From Eubacteriales bacterium (lineage in GTDB: Bacteria; Bacillota; Clostridia; Oscillospirales; CAG-382), in assembly GCA_045612545.1 (NCBI GenBank), contig JAZKZH010000001.1, positions 54,513 through 118,512 on the forward strand: 64,000 bases of DNA, given 5' to 3'. A program made the position numbers and the translations under genes. Of the stretch, positions 9,174 through 18,731 are shown one piece after another. The notes below the pieces were generated by a model, which ran no database searches, was not told the DNA's origin, and worked only from the letters and a program-made list of their open reading frames with translations. Numbering within the stretch: the first letter of the stretch is position 1; the number at the start of each line of letters is the position of its first letter.

Positions 9174-11264
9174 ATGCTTGATTGGATATTCGAAGGAATC
9201 ATTGGTTGGGTAAGCAGTATTGTATCTGAACTGATGGATGCTGTTTCCGGCTTATTTCTGGAAGCATTAGGTACCGATATGACGGCAATGGAAGAGTATT
9301 TCCCCTTTGTCACAAAAGCATTTACCGTCATGCAATATACGGCGTGGGCCATTCTGTTCTTGATCACCGTCTGGCAGTTGTTCCGTATTCTCGGCGGCCC
9401 CATCACTGAGGCAGAAAACCCGTGGACACTCCTTGCCCGTAGCGCACTGTTCGCGGTGCTGATTGGATATGCAAAACCGCTCTTCACAATGCTATTGGAG
9501 ATTGCGACAGCCCCTTACACCGCTTTGATGGATCTACAAATGACATCAGCGGATTTTACCTTTGCAGGAATCGAGCAAGCACTGACAAGTGGTTTGACAA
9601 CCATTGTTTCGGTTTTGTCCGTTGTGGGATTGCTGCTGTTACTCATTCTTGAAATCGCATTGGGATGGAACTACTTTAAGCTCTTGCTGGAAACAGTAGA
9701 ACGATACATCGTTGTGGGCGTATTGTGTTACACGTCCCCCCTTGCCTTTTCAATGGGTGCTTCCAAAGCAACCAAGCCTGTTTTTCAGTCCTGGTGCCGA
9801 ATGATAGGATCTCAACTCTTACTACTCGTTTTGAACGTGTGGTTTTTGCGAGGTTTCGCATCCTCGGTCGGTCAATTTACAGGTTCAGGTGGGGCCTTGA
9901 CAAACGGCTATGGCAATGTATTTCTTTGGCTCTTCTGTGCGCTTGCATTCCTCAAAACCGCACAGAAGTTTGATAGCTATCTTGCCGCAATGGGACTAAA
10001 CGTTGCCCAGACCGGTGCCGGCATGGGCATGGAGTTGCTGATGGCGGCACGGGTTATCACAGGTGTTGCCGGTGGCGCAAGAAGTGCCGGTAACGTGTTC
10101 CGAGGCGGAAGTGCGGCAAGTGCGGCAGCAGGAGCAGCGAACGGCTTTACGCCCGGTTTTGCGAGTAAGTTTAAAGGTAATAGTTATGTACGAGATGCCG
10201 TGGTAAACGGTGGAACAAGGATGGGTGCCGGCGGCACATTGGGCTTTGTAGGACGCGCTTTTGGAGGGATTGCCGCCAGAAACGGCGCAACCTTAACAGG
10301 AGAGTCTATTTCCTCTGTTGCTTCCCGACCCACAAATATTTCAGGAGCTATCGGCGGAGATATAGCCAACAGAAGTCTTGCCAACTATATCCCCAACGTT
10401 GGTGGCATGCAGCTTAACGACACACAAATCACCGGAGGGCAGATATCCACTAAGGTGATCGGCGCAGGTGGAAAAGAAACTGCTGTTGAAATGTATGCGG
10501 CATCACAATATGAAAAGCCCGAGGCACCACACGCTGTTGTTAATGCTTCCGATGGAAGTCAGTGGTATCAGATGGCAAGCGGCCCCGATGTTGGTACGTT
10601 CTATGATACACCTGCCTTTAATGGTGATCCCCATGAAGCGGAGCAGGTAGCGGCTACATTCCCCGAAGCAGCGGAAGGCACTACACTGCGAACTGTGGGC
10701 GACGGTGTCATGGAAGCGAGCAACGAGGGGAATAATACGATGTGGTACAACAGTGCCTATTACGAGGAGCCGGATGCACCGCATTCAACCGTTCTCGCCG
10801 CCAACGGCGTTGAATGGTATGCAATGCAAGGACACGCCGAAACACCTCATTTTGAAGATGGTGAAACCGCAAAAGAATATAACCGGGCACAGTTCCAAAC
10901 TTTCATGCCCGGCTATGAACAGCCAATTACCGACGTAGACGGCTCACAATGTATGGATGGATGTTTTGAGGTTCGCCACGAAAACGGAAGCGGCACGATG
11001 TTCTATGACGCTGCGCAATATGCGCCTCCTCGCGGAGAATACCAGGTATACGAGGATAAAAATGGTAATCAATGGTATGCTGTGCGTGGTGAAGCGTCAG
11101 TGGAACGAAAGCCTGTATATGAAAACGGCAAGCCTGTATATGACGGTGAAAATGTTCGTACCGTATCCACAGAAACAGTACGGTATAAAACGATCCCCTC
11201 GCGTTACAACGACCCCAAATCCCGCAAAGATACGAGCATCAAGCCACCTAAGAGAAAACGTTAA
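9174..11264 (+). CDS. VirB6/TrbL-like polytopic T4SS channel protein with a repeat-containing C-terminal domain
   Basis: 696 aa. The N-terminal ~300 aa contains multiple TM helices, followed by a Gly/Ala-rich linker and three related ~50-aa repeats (…P.AP…NG..WY…). Confidence 0.6.
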   Translation: MLDWIFEGIIGWVSSIVSELMDAVSGLFLEALGTDMTAMEEYFPFVTKAFTVMQYTAWAILFLITVWQLFRILGGPITEAENPWTLLARSALFAVLIGYAKPLFTMLLEIATAPYTALMDLQMTSADFTFAGIEQALTSGLTTIVSVLSVVGLLLLLILEIALGWNYFKLLLETVERYIVVGVLCYTSPLAFSMGASKATKPVFQSWCRMIGSQLLLLVLNVWFLRGFASSVGQFTGSGGALTNGYGNVFLWLFCALAFLKTAQKFDSYLAAMGLNVAQTGAGMGMELLMAARVITGVAGGARSAGNVFRGGSAASAAAGAANGFTPGFASKFKGNSYVRDAVVNGGTRMGAGGTLGFVGRAFGGIAARNGATLTGESISSVASRPTNISGAIGGDIANRSLANYIPNVGGMQLNDTQITGGQISTKVIGAGGKETAVEMYAASQYEKPEAPHAVVNASDGSQWYQMASGPDVGTFYDTPAFNGDPHEAEQVAATFPEAAEGTTLRTVGDGVMEASNEGNNTMWYNSAYYEEPDAPHSTVLAANGVEWYAMQGHAETPHFEDGETAKEYNRAQFQTFMPGYEQPITDVDGSQCMDGCFEVRHENGSGTMFYDAAQYAPPRGEYQVYEDKNGNQWYAVRGEASVERKPVYENGKPVYDGENVRTVSTETVRYKTIPSRYNDPKSRKDTSIKPPKRKR

Positions 11265-11349
11265 ACAGCCAACAGCCGAATCGGTATCCAACGGTTCGGC
11301 TGTTGTGCACTCATATAGATTCAAAACTGCTTAATAAAGAGGTGAAAGA

Positions 11350-12876
11350 ATGGCAGAACCGCAAAAACAACAGATAGGCGACGGCTCGGACAACTATCCA
11401 CAAGCCGCAACGCAAGCTGCGAATGCGGCAAGGAATATAGGGAAAGAAGCCGCAACGCAGGCCACGAAAAAAGGCACCGAAGCTGCCGCAAACGCCGCCG
11501 CTGCAACAGTGAAAGCGAGTGTTGAAGGCGGCAAGGCCGCTACAGAGATTGCCGCAGGTACAGCTTCGGGAGGTCCCTGGGGTGCAATCATTTCTACTGC
11601 TTGGGCAATGCGTCACACGTTATTCAAGGTACTGATATGTATCTGCCTTTCGTTAGTGATGATCATTGTCTTGATTTTGGAGTTACCGGGTATTGTCATC
11701 AATAAAGCATTGGGATTGGACGGAAACCAGCCGACCGCTTCCATCATATCCATCTATGAAACGGTAACTGATTCCATTACCGACATTATAAAGATCGGAT
11801 ATAACACATCACTTCTCGGTGTCGACTCTCTGATCAAAGTTGGTGGATATGATTTAAACCTATCCATGAACGCCTTGATAGATAACGCCAAGTTAGCAGC
11901 GGGATACGATGTAACGTATATTATGGCGGCATATTCCACGTCGGTAGATCAGCTGAGCATTGAGCAAGCTGATATGGAATCGAAACTGATGAATGTTACC
12001 GCAGATATGTTTCCCATCACCACCATTATCAGACAAGCGGAAATCATAAAACCGGTTACGTACTATACATACAAGCCTGTTACGCAAACAGTTGTGACAA
12101 ATGTTGTAAGAACCGGGACGATCAACGGCGTTCCCCAATTCCGATACGAAACTGCAAAGCAGACCTTTTATGCACAGGATGGGGAGGCAACCACAAGCAA
12201 AGCTACTGAAATTCCCGCATACGCTTTGGTCAACACAATGCTTCCTGTATATTCAAACGGTGTAATTACCGGAACCTCCCCTGCTTCTTACTATCAGCTT
12301 ATCGGTTCACAGTCAATCGTGCCCACGATGGAAAACATCAGTTACTTGGAATGCACCATTCATCCTTTTGATAATTCCGTTATTGCCAAAGCTTTTGGAA
12401 TCGATCTCAACGCTAATTACAGCGGGACAAGTGCAACCTACGGTGATGTGATTGCTTCAAGAGCTACAGCACTGAAGCGTACCATTTACGGAGCAACCGA
12501 AACAAGTGATACCGTTTCTCTTACGGATCTCGAAACGCTTGAATTCTTGGAGAAGCAAAACTGCAGTGCCGCAAGAAAAAGCATCGTAAAAACAGGTCTT
12601 TCTCTTATGGGCAGAGTTCCGTATTTCAGGGGTGGCAAATCCGACGCAGGCTGGAACGAACAGTGGAATACCCCAAAGCTCGTTACCTCGACAGGTTCAA
12701 CCACAACCGGCACACTTCGTCCCTACGGACTCGATTGCTCAGGATTTACCAATTGGGCTTACAAAACCGCTATGGGAAAAACGATCTCGTCAGGCACTTA
12801 CAGACAATGGGATAACACATATTCCCTTTCTTCTGATGAGTTACTACCGGGAGATCACAACTCTATTATACTCTGA
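11350..12876 (+). CDS. T4SS-associated NlpC/P60 (C40) cell-wall hydrolase, C-terminally truncated
   Basis: N-terminal TM segment, then YGLDCSGFTNWAY (catalytic Cys motif). The protein stops 40 residues later, right after LPGD, before the expected His-containing half of the domain. Confidence 0.7.
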   Translation: MAEPQKQQIGDGSDNYPQAATQAANAARNIGKEAATQATKKGTEAAANAAAATVKASVEGGKAATEIAAGTASGGPWGAIISTAWAMRHTLFKVLICICLSLVMIIVLILELPGIVINKALGLDGNQPTASIISIYETVTDSITDIIKIGYNTSLLGVDSLIKVGGYDLNLSMNALIDNAKLAAGYDVTYIMAAYSTSVDQLSIEQADMESKLMNVTADMFPITTIIRQAEIIKPVTYYTYKPVTQTVVTNVVRTGTINGVPQFRYETAKQTFYAQDGEATTSKATEIPAYALVNTMLPVYSNGVITGTSPASYYQLIGSQSIVPTMENISYLECTIHPFDNSVIAKAFGIDLNANYSGTSATYGDVIASRATALKRTIYGATETSDTVSLTDLETLEFLEKQNCSAARKSIVKTGLSLMGRVPYFRGGKSDAGWNEQWNTPKLVTSTGSTTTGTLRPYGLDCSGFTNWAYKTAMGKTISSGTYRQWDNTYSLSSDELLPGDHNSIIL

Positions 12877-12886
12877 GGATAGGTAA

Positions 12887-13261
12887 ATGGCAATGGACAA
12901 CGAACACGAAAATATCTTTTCGATACCCGCCAACTATACAGATTCCGGAAAAATACTCGGAGGATTTCTTGAGCCGAGGAATGCAATGGAGACAGCAATA
13001 TTACTGATTCTGGTGGGCTATCCGGAATTGATGATTCCTATGCCCGGCACATTGAGAATCATTGCAATGGCGGTTACGCTGATCCCGCTCGGAATACTGT
13101 CGGCAGTGGGCATCAACGGAGATTCGCTTTTTCAATATGTCGGACATGTAATCCGATTTTTTATAAACAGACGAAAACTACATTTACGAAGGGTGGGATA
13201 CAAATATGATCAAAGGCATTTCCCGAAAAGGAAACGAGCCAAAGCGAAGACAAAAGCCTGA
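12887..13261 (+). CDS. PrgI/VirB3-like small T4SS membrane protein
   Basis: 124 aa with two TM helices and a basic tail, immediately upstream of and overlapping the VirB4-like ATPase gene. Confidence 0.5.
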   Translation: MAMDNEHENIFSIPANYTDSGKILGGFLEPRNAMETAILLILVGYPELMIPMPGTLRIIAMAVTLIPLGILSAVGINGDSLFQYVGHVIRFFINRRKLHLRRVGYKYDQRHFPKRKRAKAKTKA

Positions 13262-15740
13262 AAAGCTGAACTTCGTTCAGGATTATATCCCTGTCAAAAG
13301 CCTTGAGCATGGCATTATAGAAACTACCGACGGCAGATTCATAAAGATCCTGGAGATCGAGCCCATCAACTTCATGCTCCGCTCTGACGATGAGCAATAC
13401 AGCATCATTTGCACATTTGCAAGTTGGTTGAAGATCTCCCCGGTGCAATTGCAGTTTAAAGTCATCACCCGCAAAGCAGATTCGGATAAGCACATTGCCC
13501 TTTTCAAAGAAGAATTGAATGCGGAGTCAAATGAGCAATGCAAGGGCATCGGCGAAGGGTATATCCGACTCATCAAAGACGTGGGAAGCAGAGAAGCGCT
13601 GACAAGGCGCTACTTTCTAATATTCCAGTATGAAAAGCTCAGGCGCACTGAAAACAACGATTACAGTCAGATCTACAGTATGCTCATGACCGCTGAACAA
13701 AATGCGAGAGCATATTTTATGCAGTGCGGAAACAGTATTCTTCAACCCAAGGATCCGGATGAAGCAACTGCGGAAATTCTGTATATGTTCTTTAACCGTC
13801 GCTCCTGCGTTGATGAACCGTTTGCCTCTCGTATAGACCGCGTGGTGTTGGATACTATGGCTTCTAAAAACAAGGTCATTGGTATCGATCCAATCCCCAA
13901 TATCCGCATTTCTCACTTTATCGCGCCCAGAGGAATTGACCTAACACATCATAACTACGTTATTATGGATGGGTTATATTATTCCTTTCTATACATCAAA
14001 GGAAACGGATATCCGAGCAAGGTACGCGCAGGCTGGTTGTCTGCTCTGATCAATGCAGGTGAAGGGATCGACATCGACGTATTTTTGAAGCGAGAAAGCC
14101 GTGGCAAAACGGTGGATAAGGTAGCACAGCGCATACGTTTGAACAGATCCAAGATACGAGGCATGCAGGATACCGCAACCGACTACGATGAGCTTGCAAG
14201 CTCTATTCAGGCAGGTTACTACATCAAGCAAGGCATTTCCAACTACAACGAGGATCTGTTCTATATGTCAACCTTCATAACAGTGTCTGCAAAGGCTTAT
14301 GAAGAGCTGGTATGGAGAAAACAGCAGATGACAGATATGCTGAAATCGATGGACATGTACGTAAGCGATTGCTCCTTTCAACAGGAAGATGCATTGAAAA
14401 CGGTAATGCCGTTTTTGCAAATGTCTCCTCGATTGGAAAAGAAGGCAAGGCGAAATGTACTGACCAGCGGTGCGGCATCAACGTATATGTTTACATCCTT
14501 TGAAATGTCAGATGACAACGGTGTGCTCCTGGGTATCAACCGCCATAACAATTCACTTTGTATTGTGGATTTGTTCGATACGAAGAAAAATAAGAATGCT
14601 AACCTAAACCTGCTGGGAACCAGCGGTGCCGGCAAGACCTTCACGATGCAGTTACTCGCCTTGCGTATGAGAATGCGTGGGATTCAGTGTTATATCATTG
14701 CACCGATCAAGGGCCACGAATTCAGACGCGCTTGCAACCGCATCGGCGGTCAGTTTATTAAAATTGCACCCGGCTCTCCTCACTGTATCAATATTATGGA
14801 GATTCGACACACCATTACTCCCGAAATGGAGCTGATCGACGAACTGGATTACAGCGAAATGGATTCGCTGTTGGCGAAAAAGATCCAACAGCTGATGATC
14901 TTCTTTTCGCTGTTGATTCCAGATATGACCAACGAAGAGGAGCAAATGCTGGACGAAGCACTGATCCGCACCTACGCCAAATACGGAATCTCGCATGATA
15001 ACGACTCGGTTTACATAGACCGCGAAGCCAATCCCCCGCGCATGAAAGCAATGCCGATTCTCGGAGATCTTCACGAGGAGCTTTGCAAAAATGAACTGAC
15101 TAAGCGCATTTCAAATATTGTCAGCCGTTTTGTGACCGGTTCAGCGCAATCATTTAATCAGCCGACCAACGTGGATCTGTCAAACAAGTACACAGTGCTT
15201 GATCTGTCAGAGCTGAAAGGGAAGCTTCTTCCTGTCGGTATGATGATTGCGCTTGACTATGTGTGGGACAATGTGAAAAGTGACCGCACAAAAAAGAAAG
15301 CCATTATGATCGATGAGCTCTGGCAGTTGATCGGTGCAGGATCTAATCGCATGGCAGCCGAATTCTGTTTGGAAATCTTTAAAGTCATACGAGGCTTTGG
15401 CGGTGCCGCCATTTCGGCTACGCAGGATCTTTCGGATTTCTTCGGCTTGGAAGACGGCAGATATGGACGCGCCATCATCAACAACTCCAAAAACAAGATC
15501 ATTCTCAACCTTGAACCCGACGAAGCGGAGTTTGTAAAAGATACTTTGAAACTGACCAAAACGGAGTTGCGCTCCATCACCCGCTTTGAACGAGGCGAGG
15601 CGTTAATCTGTTCCAACAACAGCAAGGTATCCGTTTCGATAAAGGCATCACGAGAAGAGCAGGAAATGATCACTACCGACCGTGCGGAATTGGAAGCGAT
15701 TTTAAAATCACGTCAACAAGAAAAGGAAAACAAACCGTAA
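13206..15740 (+). CDS. VirB4-family conjugation ATPase
   Basis: 844 aa with Walker A GTSGAGKTF and Walker B-like AIMIDELWQL. Size and position are typical of Gram-positive VirB4/PrgJ/TcpF-like ATPases. Confidence 0.9.
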   Translation: MIKGISRKGNEPKRRQKPEKLNFVQDYIPVKSLEHGIIETTDGRFIKILEIEPINFMLRSDDEQYSIICTFASWLKISPVQLQFKVITRKADSDKHIALFKEELNAESNEQCKGIGEGYIRLIKDVGSREALTRRYFLIFQYEKLRRTENNDYSQIYSMLMTAEQNARAYFMQCGNSILQPKDPDEATAEILYMFFNRRSCVDEPFASRIDRVVLDTMASKNKVIGIDPIPNIRISHFIAPRGIDLTHHNYVIMDGLYYSFLYIKGNGYPSKVRAGWLSALINAGEGIDIDVFLKRESRGKTVDKVAQRIRLNRSKIRGMQDTATDYDELASSIQAGYYIKQGISNYNEDLFYMSTFITVSAKAYEELVWRKQQMTDMLKSMDMYVSDCSFQQEDALKTVMPFLQMSPRLEKKARRNVLTSGAASTYMFTSFEMSDDNGVLLGINRHNNSLCIVDLFDTKKNKNANLNLLGTSGAGKTFTMQLLALRMRMRGIQCYIIAPIKGHEFRRACNRIGGQFIKIAPGSPHCINIMEIRHTITPEMELIDELDYSEMDSLLAKKIQQLMIFFSLLIPDMTNEEEQMLDEALIRTYAKYGISHDNDSVYIDREANPPRMKAMPILGDLHEELCKNELTKRISNIVSRFVTGSAQSFNQPTNVDLSNKYTVLDLSELKGKLLPVGMMIALDYVWDNVKSDRTKKKAIMIDELWQLIGAGSNRMAAEFCLEIFKVIRGFGGAAISATQDLSDFFGLEDGRYGRAIINNSKNKIILNLEPDEAEFVKDTLKLTKTELRSITRFERGEALICSNNSKVSVSIKASREEQEMITTDRAELEAILKSRQQEKENKP

Positions 15741-15783
15741 GCTTTATTTATACCAACATACTCACTACAAGGAGGTGTCCGCA

Positions 15784-16317
15784 ATGCTTTTGGAAGACGA
15801 GCAATATGTAATCAAATGGTTATCGCAATACGGTGCCTTACCGCGAACCCAACTCTTGAAAATGCTGAAGAAGCCGCCCCAAACAGCAGAAAAGATCCTG
15901 CGCAATCTGAAAAAGCAGATGAGGATCGCTGATGTTTCTGGCGGCTATTATATTGGGCTGGATTCCATGTGTCAGCCTGATCAACGATTGATTCTTGCTG
16001 TTTGGGTATTACTCAAATTTATTGACCAAGTAGAACCGATGGCGCATTACCCTGCGACATATCCGTCTCAACTGTTTTTCTTGAAAGAAAATATGGGATA
16101 TGAGATTGTGGTGCTTTACGAAGACGAACAAAACCTTTTGAAGCTTTTGCAACCTCAAGATGATTTAAAATACATCATCGTAGTACCACACATTTCGATG
16201 GCAAGCAATATCCCCTTACCTAACGCTCCGTGTCTCTTTGCAACGGTGGACTTCCGCGACGGAGAAGAACCCGACATTGCATTTTACAAAGAGGAGGCGG
16301 TTACGGACGAAGAGTGA
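15784..16317 (+). CDS. Hypothetical element protein
   Basis: ATG at 15784 follows GGAGG. 177 aa, no motif recognised. Confidence 0.5.
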   Translation: MLLEDEQYVIKWLSQYGALPRTQLLKMLKKPPQTAEKILRNLKKQMRIADVSGGYYIGLDSMCQPDQRLILAVWVLLKFIDQVEPMAHYPATYPSQLFFLKENMGYEIVVLYEDEQNLLKLLQPQDDLKYIIVVPHISMASNIPLPNAPCLFATVDFRDGEEPDIAFYKEEAVTDEE

Positions 16318-16981
16318 AACCACATACATCAAAACTCTGGATAAAGTGGAAACCAAGCTGCAGCGTATGAAGGAGCAGGTGGAAGCGATCCGATGGTTTT
16401 ATGATAACGACAATCTTCTCGAAAGCTACAAACAAGCCTTGAAGCTGGAAGAACTCTCAGAGGAAACTGTTCTTCTTACCCGCGTATTACCTGCTTATAC
16501 CGGAGCAGCAAATGCAATGGTAGAGGTTGATAAAATTGTTTCCAATACGATTCCCGTCAAAATCGGCTTCACGGCAGAAGGTTGGTTTTCGGTCAGAATT
16601 CCCGCATTGCTTCCCAAGAAAGCTTCGGGTTCCGCAGACTACATTCGTTCTTATCTCTATCCGGCAATGCGAAGATTTTGTGAGGGTAAGCCCCCGGTCC
16701 GATTCAAAGATTGCGTCATTGTTTACCGCCACGTATATGACAAAAGCAGACCTGAACGTGAAATGCGGGATCACGACAATATCGAAATCAATATGGTCAC
16801 GGACATTATTGCAATGTACATGCTTCCCGATGACAACCCTGCGGTGTGCTCTCACTACTATTGCAGTGCCGCAGGATGTGAAGACCGCACGGAAGTCTTT
16901 GTGATTCCCAAGCGCGAATTTTCAAGGTGGATGGCAGAAGAAAAAGGCTTTGATCTTTGCGTAAATACTCTCGACCGATAG
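16238..16981 (+). CDS. Hypothetical protein with RusA-like motif (start uncertain)
   Basis: The C-terminal RDHDNIEINMVTDIIAMYMLPDDNPAV resembles the RusA resolvase core (RDLDN…D…LDD). The ORF overlaps the upstream gene by 80 nt; alternative start ATG 16367. Confidence 0.45.
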   Translation: MQRWTSATEKNPTLHFTKRRRLRTKSETTYIKTLDKVETKLQRMKEQVEAIRWFYDNDNLLESYKQALKLEELSEETVLLTRVLPAYTGAANAMVEVDKIVSNTIPVKIGFTAEGWFSVRIPALLPKKASGSADYIRSYLYPAMRRFCEGKPPVRFKDCVIVYRHVYDKSRPEREMRDHDNIEINMVTDIIAMYMLPDDNPAVCSHYYCSAAGCEDRTEVFVIPKREFSRWMAEEKGFDLCVNTLDR

Positions 16982-17082
16982 GAACTGCGCAATTTCTGTA
17001 ACACTATGACTATTAAAAAAACTACTGCGGTATAGGAGGAATGCGAAGCTGCAGCGATTTTCTCTTCCTGCGAAAGCAATAT

Positions 17083-17170
17083 CCCCAACCGTCGGATCAT
17101 TTTTTCGCCAATCGTCGGATTTATTTTCCGCCAATCATCGGAAAAATATTTCGCCAATTGCCGGAAAAGC
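17083..17170 (+). repeat. Four tandem 23-bp direct repeats (CGCCAAT-CGTCGGA type)
   Basis: Cores GTCGGA 17091, GTCGGA 17114, ATCGGA 17137 and GCCGGA 17160 sit at an exact 23-bp period. The array ends 1 nt before a -35 hexamer. Confidence 0.85.
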
Positions 17171-17171
17171 C

Positions 17172-17200
17172 TTGTAAAATCCATTGTTATAGTGTATAAT
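17172..17200 (+). promoter_or_regulatory. Promoter of the AAA-ATPase cargo gene
   Basis: TTGTAA (17172-17177), 17-nt spacer, TATAAT (17195-17200) preceded by TG. Confidence 0.55.
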
Positions 17201-17233
17201 ATAGACACTGTGAATGAAAATGAGGTGTTGCGC

Positions 17234-18508
17234 ATGGAAAACTACAGAAAAAGAATAGCGGACGATATTCTAAAACGCAAGCTGGAGGGCAAGGGCGCTG
17301 TCTTGATCGAAGGACCTAAATGGTGCGGTAAAACCACAACTGCAGAGCAGATTGCCGCCAGTATTTTGTATATGGACGACCCGGAAAAGAAAGAGCAAAA
17401 CATCGCCATGTCCGAACTGAACCCCAAACGACTGTTAAAGGGTGCAACACCGAGACTGATCGACGAGTGGCAGCTTGCTCCCAAGCTTTGGGATGCCATT
17501 CGCTTTGAAGTTGACCATCGCGGTGAGCTCGGACAGTTTGTGCTTACCGGTTCTGCTGTTCCCGCCGACACCAAGGAAATCACACACTCCGGCACCGGAC
17601 GGTTTACGTGGTTGACAATGAGGCCCATGAGCTTATACGAATCGGGAGATTCCACCGGAGATGTCAGTTTGAAAGACCTGTTTGACGGCGAAGCAACCAT
17701 CGAAGGAGACTCAAACCTCAGCATCGACCGTTTGGCTTTTCTTGTGTGTCGGGGAGGATGGCCGCAAGCGGTAGGCATGCGTGATGAAATTGCATTGGAC
17801 CAAGCGATAGATTACTACGATGCTGTCGTACATTCCGATATTAACAGAGCAGACAACGTACAAAAGAACCCCGAACGGGTGAAAAGGCTTATGCGTTCCT
17901 ATGCAAGAAATCAGGGCGCTCAAGTTCCCAACACTGTTCTTGCACAGGATATTGCGGCAAACGATGAAACCCCGGTCAGCGACGAAACCGTTGCATCCTA
18001 TTTGGGAGCGCTTCGCAAAATCTTCGTTGTGGAGGATATGCCTGCGTGGAACCCCAATCTACGCTCCAAAACCGCTATTCGATCGTCCGACACGCGGTAT
18101 TACATTGATCCTTCTATCGCCGCTGCTGCTTTGGGCATCGGTCCCCATGACTTGATGAACGACTTGAAAACTTTTGGATTCCTCTTTGAAACACTCTGCA
18201 TCAGAGATCTTCGTGTTTTCGCAGATGCCCTGAACGGAGGGATCTATCATTACCGAGATAAGGATGGGCAAGAATGTGATGCTGTTGTTCATCTGAGAAA
18301 CGGCAAATACGGGCTGATCGAAATCAAACTCGGTGGAGATAAGCTTATTGAGGAAGGGGCAAAGAGCCTCAAAGCAATGGAAGCAAAAATTGATACCGAT
18401 AAGATGAACGCCCCGTCTTTCCTGATGGTTTTGACGGGAACCGGCGACTATGCATATCGCCGCGGGGACGGTGTGTACGTTATACCCATCGGTTGCTTGA
18501 AGAACTAA
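17234..18508 (+). CDS. AAA-family ATPase of the DUF4143-containing type
   Basis: MENYRKRIADDIL… with Walker A GPKWCGKTT. Overall architecture resembles the widespread ATPase + DUF4143 proteins. The family name is from memory. Confidence 0.7.
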   Translation: MENYRKRIADDILKRKLEGKGAVLIEGPKWCGKTTTAEQIAASILYMDDPEKKEQNIAMSELNPKRLLKGATPRLIDEWQLAPKLWDAIRFEVDHRGELGQFVLTGSAVPADTKEITHSGTGRFTWLTMRPMSLYESGDSTGDVSLKDLFDGEATIEGDSNLSIDRLAFLVCRGGWPQAVGMRDEIALDQAIDYYDAVVHSDINRADNVQKNPERVKRLMRSYARNQGAQVPNTVLAQDIAANDETPVSDETVASYLGALRKIFVVEDMPAWNPNLRSKTAIRSSDTRYYIDPSIAAAALGIGPHDLMNDLKTFGFLFETLCIRDLRVFADALNGGIYHYRDKDGQECDAVVHLRNGKYGLIEIKLGGDKLIEEGAKSLKAMEAKIDTDKMNAPSFLMVLTGTGDYAYRRGDGVYVIPIGCLKN

Positions 18509-18534
18509 TAAAAAAGAATACAGTTGTTTCAAAA

Positions 18535-18558
18535 GCGGCTCGTAAGAGTCGCTTTTTT
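18535..18558 (+). terminator. Intrinsic terminator after the ATPase gene
   Basis: GCGGCTC-GTAA-GAGTCGC hairpin followed by TTTTTT. Confidence 0.7.
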
Positions 18559-18731
18559 CGCCCCAAATCATGTGTAAAAACGCTCTGCTTTGGCTCTTGT
18601 AAAAATACACAAGAATTCATACGCCGAAAAAACGTTGTGTGACAGCGTTTTTCGGGTGTTGACATTTGAAAAAGCCGACAAAGAGAGCAGTCATGTTGTC
18701 GTAATTTCTCCCAAAGCGAGGTAAGGTCAAA

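Noticed and set aside
16858-17235. Minus-strand ORFs with repeated SDDWRK-like peptides, and the possibility that the 23-bp array is a CRISPR.
   Set aside because: The peptide repeats are just the translation of the 23-bp DNA repeats. The units are contiguous with no unique spacers, too short and too few for a CRISPR, and no cas genes are present.
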